DNA of 64,000 nucleotides from NCBI RefSeq assembly GCF_058153355.1, contig NZ_CM177019.1; one strand, 5' to 3'. Shown piece by piece: positions 60,253 to 64,000 of this stretch (position 1 is its first letter; each line of letters starts with the position of its first letter). The notes under the pieces were generated by a model. It saw only the letters and a program-made list of their open reading frames with translations, ran no database searches and was not told where the DNA came from. The position numbers and the translations under genes were made by a program.

Positions 60253-60289
60253 CTGGGTGTATATACAGTTATGCTGTGAGTATATACAG
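60253..60289. promoter_or_regulatory. Two tandem LexA boxes in the lexA promoter
   Basis: CTGGGTGTATATACAG (about 60253-60268) and CTGTGAGTATATACAG (about 60274-60289) on the displayed strand, i.e. CTGT-N8-ACAG boxes read on the lexA strand, within 50 nt upstream of the lexA ATG. Confidence 0.9.
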
Positions 60290-60353
60290 CAAAAGGCGAT
60301 TTTGGAACCATAAACTGCACAATAAACCAGAGATTTATCGAATTCTGGAAGGG

Positions 60354-60722
60354 TTATCCAAAATGCGACCATAACAGGATGCACCAGGTAATCACGGCGA
60401 CGATAATCGCGATCAGTACCGCAGCGGACCCCATATCTTTAGCGCGTCCGGAAAGCTCATGGTATTCAGAGCCAATTCGGTCAACCACGGCTTCAATGGC
60501 ACTATTGAGAATTTCCACAATCATCACCAGCATGACGGAGCTGATAAGCAGCACGCGAGTAATCGCGTCCACATCCAGCCAGCAGGCGATGACCACCGCC
60601 AACAATACCGCTACGCCTTCCTGACGGAATGCCGCTTCGTTGATCCATGCCGCGCGTAACCCCTTCCAGGAATAGCCAGCAGCTTTGATAATTCGAGTGA
60701 ATCCAGTGGTATTATTGGCCAT
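60354..60722 (-). CDS. dgkA: Diacylglycerol kinase DgkA
   Basis: 122-aa ORF with three TM helices; recognised DgkA sequence; downstream of lexA and divergent from plsB. Confidence 0.93.
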   Translation of the reverse strand: MANNTTGFTRIIKAAGYSWKGLRAAWINEAAFRQEGVAVLLAVVIACWLDVDAITRVLLISSVMLVMIVEILNSAIEAVVDRIGSEYHELSGRAKDMGSAAVLIAIIVAVITWCILLWSHFG

Positions 60723-60892
60723 TGAAAGAACCTTTTTACATTATGAGCGTCAATATCAGTGTACCGTTAAATCCGATGATTCGGGTTTGCGTAACGCCGC
60801 GCGAAACATGAGCGGATACCACAGAATTTCCCATGAGTTTCTGCTATCCTTGCCGCGCATTTGCATTATTAACCAGAGGCTTTACATCGTTT

Positions 60893-63316
60893 ATGTCCGG
60901 CTGGCCACGAATTTACTACAAATTACTGAATTTACCATTAAGCATCCTGGTAAAAAGCAAGTCTATTCCGGCAGATCCTGCCCCGGAACTGGGACTGGAT
61001 ACCTCTCGTCCAATTATGTACGTTTTACCGTACAACTCGAAAGCAGATTTGCTGACGTTGCGCGCCCAGTGTCTGGCACATGACCTGCCTGACCCCTTAG
61101 AGCCGCTGGAGATTGACGGCACGCTACTGCCGCGCTATGTGTTCATTCACGGCGGGCCGCGTGTTTTCACCTATTACACACCGAAAGAAGAGTCTATTAA
61201 GCTGTTCCACGACTATCTTGATTTGCATCGTAGCAATCCAAATCTGGATGTGCAGATGGTGCCAGTATCGGTGATGTTCGGTCGCGCGCCTGGGCGGGAA
61301 AAAGGTGAAGTGAACCCACCGCTGCGTATGCTAAATGGCGTGCAGAAATTTTTTGCCGTACTGTGGCTCGGTCGCGACAGTTTTGTGCGTTTCTCACCGT
61401 CAGTTTCTCTGCGCCGCATGGCCGATGAACACGGCACGGATAAAACTATCGCCCAGAAACTGGCGCGCGTGGCACGTATGCACTTTGCTCGTCAGCGTCT
61501 GGCTGCCGTAGGTCCACGTCTTCCTGCCCGTCAGGATCTGTTTAATAAGCTGCTCGCCTCCCGCGCCATTGCCAAAGCGGTAGAAGATGAAGCGCGCAGC
61601 AAAAAAATCTCCCATGAAAAAGCGCAGCAGAACGCCATTGCACTGATGGAAGAGATTGCGGCGAATTTCTCTTACGAGATGATTCGCCTGACTGACCGTA
61701 TTCTGGGCTTCACCTGGAACCGACTTTATCAGGGCATTAACGTCCATAACGCTGAGCGCGTTCGCCAGCTGGCTCATGACGGTCATGAGCTGGTATATGT
61801 GCCTTGCCACCGCAGTCACATGGACTACCTGCTGCTTTCTTACGTGCTCTATCACCAGGGGCTGGTGCCACCGCATATCGCCGCCGGGATCAACCTGAAC
61901 TTCTGGCCTGCCGGGCCGATTTTCCGCCGTCTGGGTGCGTTCTTTATTCGCCGTACGTTTAAAGGCAATAAGCTCTATTCCACCGTTTTCCGTGAGTATC
62001 TCGGCGAACTGTTCAGCCGTGGTTATTCCGTCGAGTATTTCGTGGAAGGCGGTCGTTCCCGTACGGGGCGTTTGCTGGATCCGAAAACCGGTACGCTGTC
62101 GATGACCATTCAGGCGATGCTGCGTGGCGGCACGCGTCCGATTACGCTGATTCCGATCTACATCGGTTATGAGCACGTCATGGAAGTGGGTACTTACGCC
62201 AAAGAACTGCGCGGTGCAACGAAAGAGAAAGAGAGCCTGCCGCAGATGCTGCGCGGTTTAAGCAAGCTGCGTAATCTCGGTCAGGGTTACGTCAACTTCG
62301 GTGAACCAATGCCGTTGATGACCTACCTTAACCAGCACGTACCAGACTGGCGTGAATCTATCGATCCCATCGAAGCGGTGCGTCCGGCCTGGTTAACGCC
62401 GACGGTCAATAATATTGCTGCCGATCTGATGGTACGCATTAACAACGCAGGCGCGGCAAACGCCATGAACCTGTGCTGTACTGCGCTTCTGGCGTCACGT
62501 CAGCGCTCACTCACCCGCGAGCAGTTAACCGAGCAACTCAACTGCTACCTGGATCTGATGCGCAATGTACCTTACTCCACGGACTCTACCGTTCCTTCAG
62601 CCAGCGCCAGCGAGCTTATCGATCACGCGCTGCAAATGAACAAGTTTGAAGTCGAGAAAGACACGATCGGCGACATCATCATTCTGCCGCGCGAGCAAGC
62701 GGTGCTGATAACCTACTATCGCAACAACATTGCGCATATGTTGGTGCTGCCTTCGCTGATGGCGGCAATTGTCACTCAGCATCGCCACATCTCCCGCGAC
62801 GTATTGATGGAGCACGTCAATGTGCTTTACCCCATGCTGAAAGCGGAGCTGTTCCTGCGTTGGGATCGCGACGAGTTGCCGGGCGTTATTGATGCGCTGG
62901 CAAATGAGATGCAGCGCCAGGGACTGATTACCCTGCAAGATAATGAATTGCATATCAACCCAGCGCATTCTCGCACGCTACAGCTGCTGGCCGCAGGCGC
63001 GCGCGAAACGCTGCAACGTTATGCCATCACCTTCTGGCTGTTGAGCGCCAACCCGTCGATCAACCGCGGTACGCTGGAGAAAGAGAGCCGCACCGTCGCG
63101 CAACGTCTCTCCGTGCTGCACGGCATCAACGCGCCGGAGTTCTTCGACAAGGCAGTGTTCAGTTCTCTGGTGCTGACATTGCGTGATGAAGGATATATCA
63201 GCGATAGCGGCGACGCCGAACCAGCAGAAACGATGAAAGTCTATCAGTTGTTGGCGGAGTTGATTACATCAGACGTGCGTTTGACGATTGAGAGTGCGAC
63301 GCAGGGCGAAGGGTAA
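60893..63316 (+). CDS. plsB: Glycerol-3-phosphate acyltransferase PlsB
   Basis: Track ORF trimmed to [12 protein letters not shown]… (807 aa); acyltransferase HxxxxD motif ([10 protein letters not shown]). Confidence 0.93.
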   Translation: MSGWPRIYYKLLNLPLSILVKSKSIPADPAPELGLDTSRPIMYVLPYNSKADLLTLRAQCLAHDLPDPLEPLEIDGTLLPRYVFIHGGPRVFTYYTPKEESIKLFHDYLDLHRSNPNLDVQMVPVSVMFGRAPGREKGEVNPPLRMLNGVQKFFAVLWLGRDSFVRFSPSVSLRRMADEHGTDKTIAQKLARVARMHFARQRLAAVGPRLPARQDLFNKLLASRAIAKAVEDEARSKKISHEKAQQNAIALMEEIAANFSYEMIRLTDRILGFTWNRLYQGINVHNAERVRQLAHDGHELVYVPCHRSHMDYLLLSYVLYHQGLVPPHIAAGINLNFWPAGPIFRRLGAFFIRRTFKGNKLYSTVFREYLGELFSRGYSVEYFVEGGRSRTGRLLDPKTGTLSMTIQAMLRGGTRPITLIPIYIGYEHVMEVGTYAKELRGATKEKESLPQMLRGLSKLRNLGQGYVNFGEPMPLMTYLNQHVPDWRESIDPIEAVRPAWLTPTVNNIAADLMVRINNAGAANAMNLCCTALLASRQRSLTREQLTEQLNCYLDLMRNVPYSTDSTVPSASASELIDHALQMNKFEVEKDTIGDIIILPREQAVLITYYRNNIAHMLVLPSLMAAIVTQHRHISRDVLMEHVNVLYPMLKAELFLRWDRDELPGVIDALANEMQRQGLITLQDNELHINPAHSRTLQLLAAGARETLQRYAITFWLLSANPSINRGTLEKESRTVAQRLSVLHGINAPEFFDKAVFSSLVLTLRDEGYISDSGDAEPAETMKVYQLLAELITSDVRLTIESATQGEG

Positions 63317-63328
63317 TCAGTGAGAATT

Positions 63329-63427
63329 GCCGGATGCGGCGCAAACGCCTTATTCGGCCTACCATGATCTGCAAATTCAATAAATTGCGATATGTTGTGT
63401 AGGCCTGAGAAGCGCAGCGCATCAGGC
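63329..63427. repeat. REP palindromic units between plsB and ubiA
   Basis: GCCGGATGCGGCGCAAACGCCTTATTCGGCCTAC and TAGGCCTGAGAAGCGCAGCGCATCAGGC. Confidence 0.8.
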
Positions 63428-63440
63428 AGCCCAGAAGAAA

Positions 63441-63464
63441 GCCGGATGATCATCCGGCTTTTTT
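63441..63464. terminator. Bidirectional rho-independent terminator between plsB and ubiA
   Basis: GCCGGATGA-TCATCCGGC hairpin flanked by AAA and TTTTTT. Confidence 0.8.
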
Positions 63465-63470
63465 ACATCA

Positions 63471-64000
63471 TCAGAAATGCCAGTAACTCATTGCCAGCCC
63501 TAAAAACAGTACCAGACCAACATAGTTATTATTCATAAATGCCTTAAAGCAGGCTTCTCGCTCACGGTTGGCAATCAGTTTTTGTTGATAAACAAACAGC
63601 GCGCCAGCCACCAGAATTGACCAGTAATATCCCCAGCCTAAGCCATTTAACTCACCGATGATCGCCATCAGCGCCAGTACGCCAATCTGCAAAATACCAA
63701 TAATCAATTTATCGTATTGGCCGAACAGGATTGCGGTGGATTTAATGCCAATCTTCACATCATCATCGCGGTCAACCATCGCATACTGCGTGTCGTAAGC
63801 CACCGCCCAGAGAATATTGGCGAGGAACATTAACCAGCAACTCAACGGCACCGACTCACTCACAGCGGCAAAAGCCATTGGAATCGACCAGCCAAACGCC
63901 GCCCCCAGCACCACTTGCGGTAGATGGGTATACCGCTTCATAAACGGGTACCCCCACGCCAGCGCCAGCGCGGCAATCGACAACAGAATGGTCATCGTAT
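63471..64000 (-). CDS. ubiA: 4-hydroxybenzoate octaprenyltransferase UbiA, C-terminal part (5' end beyond window)
   Basis: Minus-strand polytopic membrane ORF open to the window edge, stop at 63471-63473; includes the UbiA prenyltransferase aspartate-rich motif region ([13 protein letters not shown]). Confidence 0.85.
   Translation of the reverse strand, partial: TMTILLSIAALALAWGYPFMKRYTHLPQVVLGAAFGWSIPMAFAAVSESVPLSCWLMFLANILWAVAYDTQYAMVDRDDDVKIGIKSTAILFGQYDKLIIGILQIGVLALMAIIGELNGLGWGYYWSILVAGALFVYQQKLIANREREACFKAFMNNNYVGLVLFLGLAMSYWHF

Overview
This window reads as a contiguous stretch of Escherichia coli-type core chromosome, in reverse orientation relative to the K-12 reference map. I found no convincing multi-gene novel system; the two loci most worth follow-up are an AT-rich orphan ORF between dusA and zur and a deletion scar where the als operon and most of rpiB would sit. 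Gene order, left to right: the C-P lyase phosphonate operon phnC(partial)DEFGHIJKLMNOP, yjdP, a truncated rpiB remnant, yjcS, ytcA-mdtNOP, the selenoprotein gene fdhF, yjcO, gltP, nrfABCDEFG (minus strand), acs-yjcH-actP, yjcF, yjcE, ghxP, ryjA, soxR/soxS, pdeC, yjcB, ssb/uvrA, yjbR, yjbQ, aphA, tyrB, alr, dnaB, qorA, pspG, dusA, the orphan ORF, zur, yjbJ, dinF-lexA, dgkA, plsB and the 3' end of ubiA. Calls rest on recognising the translated ORFs, conserved motifs, operon context and sequence-visible hairpins and operator palindromes; no database search was run. Several track ORFs were trimmed to internal starts, and the two fdhF track ORFs were merged across an in-frame UGA. Hand-indexed coordinates of short sites may be off by 1-2 nt. 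No IS elements, integrases, prophage genes or CRISPR arrays were seen.
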